64,000 nucleotides of DNA from a virus, in IMG/VR virus record IMGVR_UViG_3300009509_000006, positions 1 to 64,000 of that record; one strand, given 5' to 3'. Position 1 is the stretch's first letter, and each line of letters starts with the position of its first letter. Of the stretch, positions 7,562-16,276 are shown in pieces. A program made the position numbers and the translations under genes. Under the pieces are notes generated by a model that was not told the origin of the DNA, did not search any database, and was given only the letters and a program-made list of their open reading frames with translations.

Positions 7562-10312
7562 TCACTGGGGCACCGCTTGCTCCAGCGCGCGCCTGTACTG
7601 CCGCATCGAGTCACCGAAAGCCTCGGGCTGCTGGAAAGGGATCTGTTCGGCGTGCGCGTCGCCGCTCTCAATGTCTGCCGCGAATACGCCGCCCGACACC
7701 ATGCGACCTTGGGCTCGCAGGTCCACCAGATGGGCAGCTTTTCCGGCAATCTTACAGAGCGCTTCGTCCAGGCTGTCGGTCGGGTCACTGCGGAAGACGA
7801 TCCGGACCTGCTGGTCACGGTCGTCTGCCATGCCCGAGATGGGATCGGTGATGTTGAAGTCCTCGAACCGGGGCCCCAGGGCTTTCGCGAGCTCGACAGC
7901 CTCCTCCGGCCAGGTGTCGACGACGAGGTACGCGGCGAAAGGGCCGTCCGGGGCCGTGTTTGTCACCACTTCCTGGTGCGCCTCGAGGATGACATCGGGC
8001 GTATCGCTCGAGAAGAAGCGCATCTCATCGAGGCATGCCTGCATTGGGTCTGTTGCCTCGCCGTACTTCGGGAATTTCGGCACGCGGAACGCCGCGCCCA
8101 TGTGGGCGGGCTTGTCTCGGAGAGTAGCGTGCAGCTGTGCTCGTTGCGCCATCGCCTGGAGCGTCGCCTCCACGTTCTGGATCGAACCAGAAGTCCTGAA
8201 GAAAGGCGGCTCCTCGCCCTTACCCTCTGGGGTGAACGAAACATGGGCCTGAAGCGAGGCGGGACGTCCTCCTCGCGGAGACCAGGCCACAATCGTGTAG
8301 GTTCCGAACGGGGCTTCGAACGTCAAGACGCCCGGGAATGTCTTCTTCGGCTTTCCTGGCGCACTGTACGTGCTCTTCCGCGTCACCCTCCATTTCGTGT
8401 GGTCACCGAGGCCAGTGGGTGCCTTGGCCTCCTCGAGGCCCTCGGCCTTCGGCTTCTTGCGGTCGATGCCAGCCTCGTACTCGCCGACCTTGGTCGCGTG
8501 CTCTTCCTCGCCTGCGTGACGAGCTGCGGCCTCGCGGCCCTTCGCCGTGAGTTCTTTCGTCCCAGCCTTGTAGTAGCCCGCCTTCTGGCCAGCCGCCGTG
8601 CAGATCGCGAATGCGGACTCGGTGCTCTTGCCCTTGCCGGTGAGCTTTGCAACACAGTGCTGCATGAAGGCGTCGGCTTCCTCGAGGGGCTCTCCGGTAC
8701 CCAGGAAGACATCGAAGGCCTCGATCATGAGGTCGAAGGCCTTGTGGTCGACCGAGTCCCACATCTCGCGGTCCTTGAGACGCTCGAGGAACAGCCGCAC
8801 GCGCTTCATGAAGCCCAGGATGTTCTTGTAGAACACGTTGCCCACGGCCTTGTGCAGCTCTTTGCCCGCTCGCACGGCGTCCTCGAGCTCTTCCTTCGTG
8901 CATTCGCCCTTCTGCGCCACCTCGCGGAGGATGCGCCTCGCGGAAGCTCCGGTCTCGAGCATGTCCCGGACAGACTGGTGCAGAGAGGGCCCGTACTGCT
9001 TGATCACCTCGATGAGCTCGGAGTCGCTCATACTCTTGATCCCTGGAGTACTGTCGACAGTCTTGGGGCCCGGAAGCCACTTCGGGGGGAATCCCCACGA
9101 CTGCACCTGGCCGCGGAAGATCGGGAAGCTCTTCTGGAAGGCCTGCGCGTAGACCTTGTCGCGCACCTTGGCCAGGCGATCCAGAGCGTTGCCGAGACTG
9201 ATCAGGCCTTTGCGAATGCCCTTCCAGTGCGCACCTGAGAGCTTTTCCGCCTCCTCGATCACCTTGAAGGACGCCTCGAGCAGGTTGTCGCCCTGCTCCA
9301 TGGCCTTCTTCCAGTATTGCGAGATCTCGAGCAGCTTCTGGGTGTTGACCTGGATCAGCGCGGCCTCGACGTGAGCGGGCTTGTCCTCCCACCACAGCCT
9401 GGGACCGACAGCAGCATCGGTCCCTTCGTTTGCGGCCTGGTGAGCCTTGACTGCATCGAAGTAGGCCTTCTTGCGCTGGTCATGGTTCGGCTGCTTGAGC
9501 TTCTCGATGCCCTTCGCCTTGCCCTTCTCGGTGAGCTTCATGCCCGAGCTGTAGTAGCCGTGCTTCTGCCCCATCTTGCGGCACACGAAGCTGGCCTTCG
9601 ACAGCGGAGCACCTTTCTCGAGCATCGCGCCGGCGCAGTGCACGAACCACGAGTCCACCGAGCGGAACGGCTGAAAGCCCTCCTGCATCTCGTCCGGGGG
9701 CTCGGGCTCTTCCGCCTCGATGGCGGTCGTGTAGTCGTCACCGAAGCCCATGAGGCGCAGGACATCGGGGTGCACCTGCACTGGTGAAGGACGGGTCAGC
9801 CTGCTCGAAGCGCGCTCGATATCGGAGGGCGTCGTCTCGAACTCGGCCCGGAGCATCTCTTCGGCGAGCTTCTCGACCTGGCCCCAGGACAGCCGCCGGC
9901 CGTTCGTGCCCTGCGACGTGTCCACCCAGGAGAACACGGCCTTGGGATTGCCGATGTCCCTCTCGTCGAGGTCAACGAAACGGTGCGTCCGCACAACTCT
10001 GCCCCAGCCGTCACAATAGCCGGCCTCGACAACGTAGCCCGTGTGAGGATGGTGGCTTGCGCGCATGTAGAAGCGTGGCGGGACACGGTCGCCCTGGAGC
10101 ATTCGCTGATGGAGCTCCAGGCGTAGGCGAGAGGTGCCCTCCTGCGTAATCTGCGGGTGCACCTTGACGGCGCGTCCCGTGACCTGCTTGAGAAACTCGG
10201 CGATGGCGGGGGCCGCCTGCCGAAGAATGCCCTTGATCGCGTCGAGACGGTCTTCCGGTCGGGGCTCGCTCTCCGCCAGGGCGCGGAACTCGTCCAGAGC
10301 GTTGTTGAACAT
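7562..10312 (-). CDS. Large multi-module putative internal head (poly)protein, ~916 aa
   Basis: Start reassigned to ATG 10312 (AGGAG RBS; MFNNALDEFRALAE); two copies of an HC-x-KG-S/AF-x-C-GQK-GYY-LTxKG module. Confidence 0.8.
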   Translation of the reverse strand: MFNNALDEFRALAESEPRPEDRLDAIKGILRQAAPAIAEFLKQVTGRAVKVHPQITQEGTSRLRLELHQRMLQGDRVPPRFYMRASHHPHTGYVVEAGYCDGWGRVVRTHRFVDLDERDIGNPKAVFSWVDTSQGTNGRRLSWGQVEKLAEEMLRAEFETTPSDIERASSRLTRPSPVQVHPDVLRLMGFGDDYTTAIEAEEPEPPDEMQEGFQPFRSVDSWFVHCAGAMLEKGAPLSKASFVCRKMGQKHGYYSSGMKLTEKGKAKGIEKLKQPNHDQRKKAYFDAVKAHQAANEGTDAAVGPRLWWEDKPAHVEAALIQVNTQKLLEISQYWKKAMEQGDNLLEASFKVIEEAEKLSGAHWKGIRKGLISLGNALDRLAKVRDKVYAQAFQKSFPIFRGQVQSWGFPPKWLPGPKTVDSTPGIKSMSDSELIEVIKQYGPSLHQSVRDMLETGASARRILREVAQKGECTKEELEDAVRAGKELHKAVGNVFYKNILGFMKRVRLFLERLKDREMWDSVDHKAFDLMIEAFDVFLGTGEPLEEADAFMQHCVAKLTGKGKSTESAFAICTAAGQKAGYYKAGTKELTAKGREAAARHAGEEEHATKVGEYEAGIDRKKPKAEGLEEAKAPTGLGDHTKWRVTRKSTYSAPGKPKKTFPGVLTFEAPFGTYTIVAWSPRGGRPASLQAHVSFTPEGKGEEPPFFRTSGSIQNVEATLQAMAQRAQLHATLRDKPAHMGAAFRVPKFPKYGEATDPMQACLDEMRFFSSDTPDVILEAHQEVVTNTAPDGPFAAYLVVDTWPEEAVELAKALGPRFEDFNITDPISGMADDRDQQVRIVFRSDPTDSLDEALCKIAGKAAHLVDLRAQGRMVSGGVFAADIESGDAHAEQIPFQQPEAFGDSMRQYRRALEQAVPQ

Positions 10313-10325
10313 GGGGGTCTCCTGG

Positions 10326-10718
10326 TCAGAAGCGAATATGGATATGGATGTTCGGCATGCCGACGTGTCCGAAAGTGCTCGCCGAAGTCGTCGAAGTGCC
10401 CCAACCCGGGCCCACCATGACGAACTGCTGCGGGACAACGCGCCGTGGCGGCACCGGCTTCGGCACTTCCATGGCGAGTATAGCCTCGACCGTTTCCCGG
10501 ATCACCTTGAACTCCTCTTCTTTCGCCAAGTCATTCGGGTGCAGGTCGGGGTGCGTCTCACGCGCGACGCGCTTGAACTCTCGCTTGACGTACTTCTTCA
10601 GTGCCTCGAGAGCTCGGACGCGCCCATCGTAGGGGCCGTTCTTGATCGCCACGAGGGCAGCGGTCCCAATGCGTAGCCGCTGCATGGCGAATGATACTTG
10701 CTCGGGCGAGAGTGCCAT
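10326..10718 (-). CDS. J-domain (DnaJ-like) co-chaperone
   Basis: FKRVARETHPDLHPND…EEEFKVIRE, HPD motif in J-domain helical context. Confidence 0.85.
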   Translation of the reverse strand: MALSPEQVSFAMQRLRIGTAALVAIKNGPYDGRVRALEALKKYVKREFKRVARETHPDLHPNDLAKEEEFKVIRETVEAILAMEVPKPVPPRRVVPQQFVMVGPGWGTSTTSASTFGHVGMPNIHIHIRF

Positions 10719-11719
10719 CAGAACCTTCGTGTCTGCGGCTCCATCCGGGTGACGTAGCCGCGATTGTAGTCGTCGCGATCGAGAATGACGAGGTGATACC
10801 AGCTACCTTTGATCACATCGAGGGGTTTGACACGGGCCTTCTTGAGGGGTCCGAGGATCTCGTTGACGTCTCGCTTGTTCGAGAGCTTGATCACGATCTT
10901 GCTCTCGTCGACGTTGCCCTCTGGAGTCTTGAAGTCGTCGGTCTTCATGTCGAGATCGTAGACGAGCTCGGACAGCGCGACCTGGACCCGCTTCATTTTC
11001 ATCCGGCGCTTGAACTGGCCGCGCTGCGGGTTCTGCTTGAGCCACTTCTGGGCTTTCTGGAGCACCTTCATGTCGCGGTAGTTGCCCGTCTTCTGCATCA
11101 GGGCAATGGCTTCCTCGAAGGGCAGGAGCAAGACCTTCGACGTCTCGAAGTCCGTCTTCTTGAGCGCTCCAGTGGTCTGCACCATGACGTAGTAGTACGT
11201 CACGCTCATCGTACCCTCGAACTTGCCTAGGTTGGACCCTGGCAAGACCTTGGCGACGACGCCAGCCTCCTCCTCGACCTCACGGATCGCGGTCTCTTTC
11301 TTCCCCTCACCTTCGTCGACCCGGCCTTTCGGGAGCGTCCAGGCCTTGCCTCCGTACTTGCCCGAGGGCTGCCGGATGTAGACGTAGTTGATCTCGTCGG
11401 GGTGCAGGGAGGGGATGACGACACCCCCTGCCGAAACCCACTTTTCCGGCTTCTTGGGTTTGCCGTGCGGGGGCTCCTTGGGGCTCATGGGCAAGTCCGA
11501 AACGCTCGGAACATCGTCCCAGAACGACGAGCCCGCGGCGAACTTCGAGGGCGCTTTCTTCTTCGGCGGCTTCGGCGGCTTCTGCTTCTGCCCGGGCGCC
11601 CACGGCTCGTCGACGCCACTCACATTCTTGGGATCTTTCCAGAATGGGAGCCAGGCTTTGGAGTCGGCCTCGAGCAGTTTGGCAATGCCCCGGATTGCCT
11701 TGCGTGCAGTTCCCATCAC
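10718..11719 (-). CDS. Nudix hydrolase (Ap4A/Ap6A hydrolase-like) with N-terminal leader and extra C-terminal domain
   Basis: SAGGVV…WTLPKGRVDEGEGKKETAIREVEEEAGV, a complete Nudix box. Confidence 0.92.
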   Translation of the reverse strand: MMGTARKAIRGIAKLLEADSKAWLPFWKDPKNVSGVDEPWAPGQKQKPPKPPKKKAPSKFAAGSSFWDDVPSVSDLPMSPKEPPHGKPKKPEKWVSAGGVVIPSLHPDEINYVYIRQPSGKYGGKAWTLPKGRVDEGEGKKETAIREVEEEAGVVAKVLPGSNLGKFEGTMSVTYYYVMVQTTGALKKTDFETSKVLLLPFEEAIALMQKTGNYRDMKVLQKAQKWLKQNPQRGQFKRRMKMKRVQVALSELVYDLDMKTDDFKTPEGNVDESKIVIKLSNKRDVNEILGPLKKARVKPLDVIKGSWYHLVILDRDDYNRGYVTRMEPQTRRF

Positions 11720-12549
11720 CAGGCCTCCACAATGAAGTTCACCGGGACTCCCGTCGCGCCGGCCATTCCTGTGTGCGTGAACCCAACGTTCAAGACCGTG
11801 TCTGTAATCGCATTGTTCGCGGCGGTGCCGGGCAAGCCAACAAGGTCGACGGTAGCGGCGCCGCCGTTGGAAGCTGTGATCTCGAGCACTGGAGCGCTGT
11901 TGATGGCTGCGATGATGAGGTCCCGCACAGCGTCGGCATCGCCCCCGCCGGACAAGTCGACTTGGCGCAACGTGTCCGTTTCGACGACCGACCCGTCCTT
12001 GTCGAACTCGAAAGTAACGGCCGGGTTCGCCCCGTCATTCAGGACGAAGACCTCCCCATCGTTGATGAGCGCGGCCTCGATCGTCGTGATGTCCCCCTCC
12101 GCCAGGTCCCCACCGATACGCAAGGCGATTCCAGCCTCGTAGCGATTCCGGTAGACCTGCGCGGCTTCGTTCGAAGTTACCCCGCGCACATACCCGTGTG
12201 GGAGGATGCCGTCGAAGGAGAACTCGAGGTCTTCCCCTGTTCCCCCGTCGTGCGCAATGCGCATCGTCTGCGTGTGGATCATTGGCTTCGGGGCGGGAGG
12301 GATCCCGGGAACCACGGGGCGCTGTCCGCCTCCCATCGGAGTTCCGCCTTTCGAGAGGTCGCCGAACTGCACTGGGTCTGTCGACCCTGGAGCGACGTAG
12401 GGCGTCGGCTCGACAGTGTTCGCTCCAGGTTGGTCGATGTAGAGGTAGGCGTTTCCTGAGAAGCTCGGCGTCGTCGTGCCCTTGATCAGTACCCGGAATG
12501 ATCTATGGCCGGACGCCGAGCGTGGCGGCCAGCCGGTCGGGAAGGCCAT
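11716..12549 (-). CDS. Putative virion structural protein with DGxxFxLxDG…FEFD module
   Basis: Module also present in the tail sheath protein; Gly/Thr/Val-rich. Confidence 0.7.
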   Translation of the reverse strand: MAFPTGWPPRSASGHRSFRVLIKGTTTPSFSGNAYLYIDQPGANTVEPTPYVAPGSTDPVQFGDLSKGGTPMGGGQRPVVPGIPPAPKPMIHTQTMRIAHDGGTGEDLEFSFDGILPHGYVRGVTSNEAAQVYRNRYEAGIALRIGGDLAEGDITTIEAALINDGEVFVLNDGANPAVTFEFDKDGSVVETDTLRQVDLSGGGDADAVRDLIIAAINSAPVLEITASNGGAATVDLVGLPGTAANNAITDTVLNVGFTHTGMAGATGVPVNFIVEAW

Positions 12550-12550
12550 G

Positions 12551-12757
12551 TCATCTCTCCTCTGTCAGCAGCTGCGGGGCAGGGGTCTCCGCAGTCTCTT
12601 TCAAGTACAGATCCAGGGCCTTCGCCACCATGGCTCCAACAACCATGCCGCGCTTCGCGGCCTCGTTTGCGAGCGCCCGATACGTCGCCATGGGGATGAA
12701 GATCAGGGCGAGGTCGGATTCACCGGGAACCCCAACGCTTTCCTGAGCTTGTGCCAT
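12551..12757 (-). CDS. Small protein, possible ribbon-helix-helix DNA-binding fold
   Basis: LIFIPMATYRALANEAAKRGMVVGAMVAKALDLYL pattern. Confidence 0.6.
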   Translation of the reverse strand: MAQAQESVGVPGESDLALIFIPMATYRALANEAAKRGMVVGAMVAKALDLYLKETAETPAPQLLTEER

Positions 12758-13419
12758 TTGCTCGGCCTCTTCTCTTTCTCTCGTTCCAGTTTGCGTCGTC
12801 GCAACAAGTCGGCAACGAGGGCATTCGGATCAACGTGGTAGTCCCACGGAGGAGGGTGCCGACCGAAGGCCACGTTGCCTATGCCAGGATAGGGCATAGC
12901 ATGCCCTCCTGAAAAGATCCCGTTGGGACCTACCGCTACAGGGTGCGCCATGAACTCGTTCAAGAGGTCAGCTTTCGTGCGCAAGTCGACCACCTCGGAT
13001 TGCGGCGGCGAGGTGTTCGGGCCCGTGAAGCGAGCCGGCCCACCTGGAGCTCCCCCAGTTCGGGCCGAGGGCGGCGGCGGGCCATTCTGCAACCACTCGA
13101 TCGCCATCTTGAGCAGTTGCATGTCCTCTGGTGTGAGGTCGTAGTACGGGCGCGGCTCATGCTCCAGGGCTCGGTGAAGGATGGCGTCGGGGCCGTCTGA
13201 TGGGTACTCGAGGATCATGTCGCGAGCCCGAGCGAAGACGCGCTCGGCAGTCGCGGTGCGAAACGGGAACAGGGGCGCTTCGGGAATCGCCCCGGCGAAC
13301 TTGGGCGGGACGCCTGGGTGAAGTCCAGACACCGCACCACCCCCGAGGAAGATGGACCGGTTGAAGTTCCAGTCTTCGACCAGTCGGCGCATTCGCCTGG
13401 CAACCTGGCGCACTTTCAT
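12703..13419 (-). CDS. Hypothetical Pro/Gly-rich protein, possibly head-associated (MKVRQVARRMRRLVE leader)
   Basis: ATGA coupling to the upstream gene; 238 aa. Confidence 0.7.
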   Translation of the reverse strand: MKVRQVARRMRRLVEDWNFNRSIFLGGGAVSGLHPGVPPKFAGAIPEAPLFPFRTATAERVFARARDMILEYPSDGPDAILHRALEHEPRPYYDLTPEDMQLLKMAIEWLQNGPPPPSARTGGAPGGPARFTGPNTSPPQSEVVDLRTKADLLNEFMAHPVAVGPNGIFSGGHAMPYPGIGNVAFGRHPPPWDYHVDPNALVADLLRRRKLEREKEKRPSKWHKLRKALGFPVNPTSP

Positions 13420-14192
13420 CGCAAACCTGCCTTCTTGCGAGCCTCGAGCCCGTAAGGGAGGAATTGCTGTCCACCGGTCCCGTAGAAGAGGAGGCGTCCC
13501 CCGGTCATGATTTCAACGTCCGCCGAATTCTGTATAGCCTGCGGGAAGTTGATCGTGCCGCGCACCTGGGCGATCTGCGAGAATGCCAAGTCGACAGTGG
13601 CGATACGAGGAAATCCTGTGGGGAAGAAGGCCACGTAGGTGATGTCGCACTGCGTCATCACAGCAAAGATCGAATCCGGCGTGACGAGAGAATCGCCGTA
13701 CACACCGCCAGACACGCCGATCCCAGACCCCGGGATGAACAGCCGGACTTTCCTGGGGGCGAAGGTCACGGGAACGCCGAGTCCGCCCGCAGTGCCATAT
13801 GTCGGAAGCATGAATTGGCGGAGGAGTGATAGTGCAGTCCTGACGTCCACGTTGCGACGCAGGAGCCCCTCGCTTTTGACCCGCTGGCGAATCTCGTCTG
13901 CTTTGCTATCGCCCTGCGCCAGGTAGTCGATGTCGCTCGCAAAGTAGGCTGTGAACGAGATCAGCCGCTCCCCGCTGCCCACCCATTGGATCAGGGGCAG
14001 CGAAGCACCGGGGATCTCTTTCTGCTGGTGGTTGATCTGCTTTGTGTCCGAGATCGACTCGGGGAAATACTGGAAGATGAAGTCTTCCTCGAGGTCGTCC
14101 GTCTGCGCGTTCATCGCGGTCAGGATCACGTCGCCGCGCGCTTCGGTGTTTGTCTCGTTGATCGCCGCCGCGAGTTCGGATACGCCTGGCAT
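13416..14192 (-). CDS. Tail tube initiator/baseplate protein of the CIS-tube (Afp7/Pvc7, gp48-like) type, no LysM
   Basis: FQYFPESISD…IPGASLPLIQWVGSGERLISF…YVAFFPTGFPRIATVDLAFSQ. Confidence 0.7.
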   Translation of the reverse strand: MPGVSELAAAINETNTEARGDVILTAMNAQTDDLEEDFIFQYFPESISDTKQINHQQKEIPGASLPLIQWVGSGERLISFTAYFASDIDYLAQGDSKADEIRQRVKSEGLLRRNVDVRTALSLLRQFMLPTYGTAGGLGVPVTFAPRKVRLFIPGSGIGVSGGVYGDSLVTPDSIFAVMTQCDITYVAFFPTGFPRIATVDLAFSQIAQVRGTINFPQAIQNSADVEIMTGGRLLFYGTGGQQFLPYGLEARKKAGLR

Positions 14193-14500
14193 TACTTCTC
14201 CTCGGCCTCTTTTTCGGCCTTGCGGAAAGCCCGAAGGCGTTTCATGTAGGCGGATCGCTTCTCGGGGTCAATGCGGTGGGTCCGCTTGCGAGTCTTCCAC
14301 ACCAAGTGGTCGCAGCGCATCTCGCCCGAACGCACCATGCGACAGCGCCATCGCCGGCGCCTGCGGAAGGTCTTGCCGGCGGGGCCGGGGCCAAGCTCGT
14401 CTTTGTTGCGGAAGGGGTTGTGGGCGCTCTGCTCCAGAAGAGCCCGAAGCCTCTCGAGGTATGCGCTCCAGGTTGTGCAAGCCCGTGCGCTGCCGCTCAC
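14192..14500 (-). CDS. Basic hypothetical protein, possibly head-associated (YLERLRALLEQ)
   Basis: GTGA and TAATG couplings on both sides; Arg-rich. Confidence 0.65.
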   Translation of the reverse strand: MSGSARACTTWSAYLERLRALLEQSAHNPFRNKDELGPGPAGKTFRRRRRWRCRMVRSGEMRCDHLVWKTRKRTHRIDPEKRSAYMKRLRAFRKAEKEAEEK

Positions 14501-14838
14501 GCCGCCTCCGAGACAGCAGATGCGAATTCTGCCACCTCTACACGGTACACTTCCTGGACGCGCTCTGCAAAGGCCGGATCTCGCTTGAGTAGATGCGCGA
14601 AGCGGCCCTTTTGCCGGGGGTTATCGAACACGAAGTTCGTAACACCGCCCCGGCTTCGAATGAGGCCCACGTAGTGCCCGACGCGAGCTCGTAGCAGGAT
14701 CGTCATGCCGGCGCGGGTGCCCGAGGGTGTCAGCTTTCGCAGAAACTGGGTTTGGTCGAGCTCCAGCGGGTCCCTCTTGCGGGAAGGCACGAAGCGGTCA
14801 TCCCGCACGTGGCAGGGCTGGAGCACGATCCGGCTCAT
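14497..14838 (-). CDS. Hypothetical protein
   Basis: Tiles the operon; 113 aa. Confidence 0.7.
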   Translation of the reverse strand: MSRIVLQPCHVRDDRFVPSRKRDPLELDQTQFLRKLTPSGTRAGMTILLRARVGHYVGLIRSRGGVTNFVFDNPRQKGRFAHLLKRDPAFAERVQEVYRVEVAEFASAVSEAA

Positions 14839-14841
14839 GGC

Positions 14842-15198
14842 TCACACCGCGGCGATGAAGGTCTCTTCGGTGTCGGTGAAGCCGGTCTCGGAGGCGATCA
14901 CGAAGGTCACGATGCCGGCCTGGATGATCTGGTTCCACTCCTCGCGGGGCTCCATCGGCTTGTGCAGGTTGTGCTGCCGACGGAAGTCGGAAGGGTGCAT
15001 GGCGCGCTGGACGTCGTCGCCGGCCAAGCCGTTCGCGGCGAGCTCGCCAACCTGGTCGAATGGGAACGGGAGCGGCTGCACGACGTTCCCACCCGTGGCG
15101 ACCAGTCCCGCGGGATTCCCCGGGAGGTACTGCGCCGTGTTGATCTCTTCCAGGTAGTTGATGCGGGTGCTCAGTTGATTCTCGACGGTAACGAGCAT
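14842..15198 (-). CDS. Hypothetical virion protein
   Basis: AGGAGG RBS before ATG 15198 (MLVTVENQ…). Confidence 0.75.
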   Translation of the reverse strand: MLVTVENQLSTRINYLEEINTAQYLPGNPAGLVATGGNVVQPLPFPFDQVGELAANGLAGDDVQRAMHPSDFRRQHNLHKPMEPREEWNQIIQAGIVTFVIASETGFTDTEETFIAAV

Positions 15199-15255
15199 GT
15201 CGTCCTCCTGATTCTCGCCCCCGCGAGACAACCGGGAGCTGGTACGTTCTGTATG

Positions 15256-15666
15256 CTAATCCCCGGCAACGGAGATCGTCAACTCTGCATCATAGCTCCC
15301 CGGGTTGCTCACGTACAGTGCCGTCAAGCTGTCCGAAGTTACCATGAACACAGCCACCTTCGAGTCGTCCGGGGGCTTCAGCGGCAAGGGCGTATTCCCG
15401 ACGTCGTTGAGCTTGATCGAGAGCTCTGGAGCCGGGTGCTCCTCCGCTACCGGCGAAACGCGCAGCGCAAGGAAGCGTCCCACCGCGATGTTGTCCAGGT
15501 AGAACCGGACGTCTGCGGCGCCTTGCCCGACAACAGTCTTCCAGGATCCGCCCTCGGCGAACGAGTCGGTGCGCACCTGGAACTGCACGTTGCCGAGGTC
15601 TTTCTCGTCGGCCTGCGTGCTCGAGATCGAGTAGTCAAGCTTGAAGGTCAGTCGAACTGCCATCAC
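15256..15666 (-). CDS. Hypothetical beta-rich virion protein
   Basis: GAGGAGG RBS; coupled to the upstream gene. Confidence 0.75.
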   Translation of the reverse strand: MMAVRLTFKLDYSISSTQADEKDLGNVQFQVRTDSFAEGGSWKTVVGQGAADVRFYLDNIAVGRFLALRVSPVAEEHPAPELSIKLNDVGNTPLPLKPPDDSKVAVFMVTSDSLTALYVSNPGSYDAELTISVAGD

Positions 15667-15878
15667 TCCTCCTCACCGGGCAAGAGCCCGGCATCAAGAG
15701 CCAGGCGGAACAGAAGCTCGTCTTTCTCGACAGGGGTCATGTCCGCGAACTTCTTGTTGCCGAGGGCCTGGAGCCTGGACTCGGATCCCTTTCGTGCTTG
15801 CGCCTTCGCCCGCTTCTTCGCGCGCTCGGTAGCGAATCCCGCAATGTCTCTCGTTGTCTTCGCTGTCGTCGCCATCAC
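15663..15878 (-). CDS. Small hypothetical protein downstream of the tail fibre
   Basis: GGAGG RBS, coupled stops and starts. Confidence 0.7.
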   Translation of the reverse strand: MMATTAKTTRDIAGFATERAKKRAKAQARKGSESRLQALGNKKFADMTPVEKDELLFRLALDAGLLPGEEE

Positions 15879-16267
15879 TATCCCTCCACGAGTCCAGACT
15901 CACGCACTTCGAACTCAAGACTGGCAAGGTCGGTAGCGCCCGGAGGAACGGACGCGACCACAGCATACGCTACATAGTGCTCGAAAGGGCCGTCGTCAGC
16001 GAATATGTAGGGGTCCTCCTCCCCGAGCACATACTCGTCCACAAGGAACAGCACCTCTCCGGTCGCCTTCTCCTTGCAGATGTGAACGACAACGATGGTG
16101 CTCCCCTCGGGGTCTACGGAGACATCATGTTGCGTCTCTGCGATCACGAAGTCTTGACCGAAGTAATGAAGCGTCGTCTCTGCCAGCGTGAGGCGAAGAC
16201 CCTCTACCGCGAACGAGATGCTGTACACGATCTCCGGCAGCACCGTGTATATGCGTTGAATTTCCAT
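15878..16267 (-). CDS. Hypothetical protein, possible fibre assembly chaperone
   Basis: Acidic 129 aa directly after the long fibre gene. Confidence 0.65.
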   Translation of the reverse strand: MEIQRIYTVLPEIVYSISFAVEGLRLTLAETTLHYFGQDFVIAETQHDVSVDPEGSTIVVVHICKEKATGEVLFLVDEYVLGEEDPYIFADDGPFEHYVAYAVVASVPPGATDLASLEFEVRESGLVEG

Positions 16268-16276
16268 GTCTGGCCT

